From positions 1 to 64,000 of the forward strand of contig CAKKNE010000003.1 in the NCBI GenBank assembly GCA_918797485.1: DNA of 64,000 bases, in the 5' to 3' direction. The notes below the pieces were generated by a model. The model was not told the origin of the DNA, made no database searches, and saw only the letters and a program-made list of their open reading frames with translations. Every line of letters starts with the position of its first letter. Positions within the stretch are counted from its first letter, which is position 1. A program made the position numbers and the translations under genes. Positions 62,282-64,000 of the stretch are shown here, piece after piece. This stretch comes from Pelagomonas calceolata. Lineage: Eukaryota.

Positions 62282-64000
62282 ATGGCCCAGCCGCCCCTCG
62301 AGCTCTTCCTCATCACCCTCGCCCAGTCCCAGGACGACGTCGTCCTCGAAGGCGTCGACGCCGACAGGCGCCCGGCGCGCCTCGTCGTCAGCGGCTTCCG
62401 GCCGCACTTCTACGTGGGCCCCGTCGCGGATGATGTGGACGCGACAAATCGCCAGGCGGACCTGTGTCGCGCGGCGCCGGCGCACGCCGTGTCCGTGACA
62501 AAAGTAACGCGCACGTTCCTCTGCGGCATCCACGAGCCCCGGACATATCTGCGGGTCGCGCACCGCTGCGGCGCGGCGCAGTCGACGCTCGTGCGCAAGT
62601 GCGAGCAGCTCTGGGCCGAGCCGCCCTGCGAGGACGGCGTGCCCCTCCTGCGGCGGTTCCTCGTCGAGACGCACCTGTCGGGCGGCGCCTGGCTCGTGGC
62701 CCGGAACGTCGCGGAGGCGGGCGACCGCCGTGACCGCCGGCGTGGAAATCAACACAGGGACAAACGTCGCGTCGATGGCGTGGGGGCTCACTCGGACTGC
62801 GCAGGCTACCGCTGCGCCCACGCCCGGCGTCGCCCGCCGCGCGCCGGACCCGCCGCCAGACCTTCGCGGCGCCGCGCTTCGCGTCGATCCCGGACCTGAA
62901 GGTCCTCGCGCTGCGCGTCGAGCCGGCGTCGGGCGCGACGACGCGGCGTCCGTGGTCCAGCGTCCTTTGAGGTGCGCCTTCAATTCAGCGGCGCGTCGAT
63001 GGCGTGAGTGGGATGGACAGTCTCCCCTTCCACGGCGTCGGGCCAAGGCAGGGGAGGCAGTGGATTTGTCGAAGAAAGGAAGGGCAACAACAAAGGGTCA
63101 ACAACGCGCGCAGGTGGAGCGACGCCGACAAATCAAGTAAGGACTCCATCGCCGCCGTCGCGCTCGCGACGAGCGACGGCGTCGACGTGCTCGCCGTCGG
63201 CGGCCGCGGCGAAGCTTTGCTCGCGTGCGGCGCGCGCGTGTCGCTCTTCCGCGACGAAAGCCGACTCCTGGCCGCCGTCGAGACGCACCTGCGGAACGCG
63301 GACCCGGACGTGCTTTTTACCTTTGATGATAGACGCCTGGGTTTGTTAGCCCAGCGCTTCCGCGCGCGCCACCGCCGCGCGCTGCAGCTCGGCCGCTTCG
63401 ACGCCACACCCCTCGCGTGCGCGAGCGTGACGACCTACTCGAAGGCCTGGATCAAGGATAGGTCCGAGAGGCGCATGGCCTCGGCGAACAACCTCGAGAC
63501 GCACCGCTGCTCGGGGCTGGGTGGGAGACTCGGCGTGGACTTACTGAGGTGTTTGGTGATGCGCCAGCAGCCCAAGCTCACGCGGTACGACCTGCCCGAG
63601 GCGTGCCGCGCGGTGCTCGACGCGGCGCCTCCCACAATAACGCCGGCGGCACGGCAACAATTGGACGCGTCGACGCGCGCGGCCGTCGCCGCCTGCGAGG
63701 CGCGGGCGATCCTGGCCCTAGGACGGCGCCTCAACGCCGTCGCCGAGACCGTAGAATACGCGCGCTGCACGGGTTTGGACCTGGAGACGATTTTGTGGCG
63801 GGCGACGGCGGTCCGCACAGAACAATTAGTACTGGGCGCCGCGAAGCGTCTGGACGTGGCGCTGCCCCTCAAAAGGTTCCCGGCAGAAAATGGCTGGGTG
63901 CAGGACACGACGCCGTTCCTCCACCACCCCGCGCCACGGAGTGAACTAAGGGACCACCAGGCGGCGTTGATTTCCAACGGTCTCATGGGCCACTCGCGCG
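62282..64000 (+). CDS. Divergent family-B DNA polymerase (Pol delta-like), 5' part; introns and frameshifts; runs off the window
   Basis: VSGFRPHFYV, RRFLVETHLSGGAWL, FRDESRLL..DPDVL, GRLGVDLL..KLTRYDL and ETVEYARCTGL motifs. Confidence 0.7.
62738..62804 (+). mobile_element. Decayed mini-introner forming a 75-nt intron (62730-62804) in the polymerase gene
   Basis: CGGCGTGGAAATCAA (13/15 TIR match), internal CGTCGCGTCGATGGCGTGG identical to the reverse complement of the full element, TSD GTGACCGC / GCTACCGC (6/8). Confidence 0.65.

Noticed and set aside
1..64000. Numerous long antisense and alternate-frame ORFs, and selenoprotein read-through candidates
   Set aside because: Shadow ORFs are expected at ~70% GC and are Arg/Pro/Ala-rich. 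In the stops I examined, no in-frame TGA lay in a conserved redox motif with continuing homology.

Overview
Left end of a linear chromosome from a compact, GC-rich (about 70% in exons) eukaryote, most likely a pelagophyte stramenopile (Pelagomonas/Aureococcus-like). The assignment is inferred from introner-type introns, bipartite plastid signals and a recurrent pelagophyte gene-family motif. It opens with a (CCCTAA)n telomere and a ~138-bp hairpin-rich subtelomeric satellite. About 35 tightly packed genes follow, including an RCC1 protein, TBCA, patatin, an AKT-like K+ channel, DNA ligase IV, PP1, SufD, ABHD17, EXS, Pcc1, a GMC oxidoreductase, a CHAT-like protease, HIR/band-7, DnaJ, PP2C, cpSRP54, a Tudor-DEDDh-SAP protein, EamA, a 2OG oxygenase and a divergent Pol delta-like gene. 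Three features stand out. (1) A family of intron-generating transposons (15-bp TIR CTGTGTGGAAATCAA, 8-bp TSD supplying the splice donor) has two full-length copies inverted around one PP1 exon and three decayed mini-copies. (2) A 23-24-bp quasi-palindrome, GCTAGCG-N3-4-GTAAGACACTAGS, occurs 8 times, only outside the called genes; in 7 copies it lies 110-260 bp upstream of a start codon in one fixed orientation. (3) There are unusual protein architectures and a Pcc1-EXS gene pair only 5 nt apart. Several conserved genes carry frameshifts that look like long-read assembly errors.
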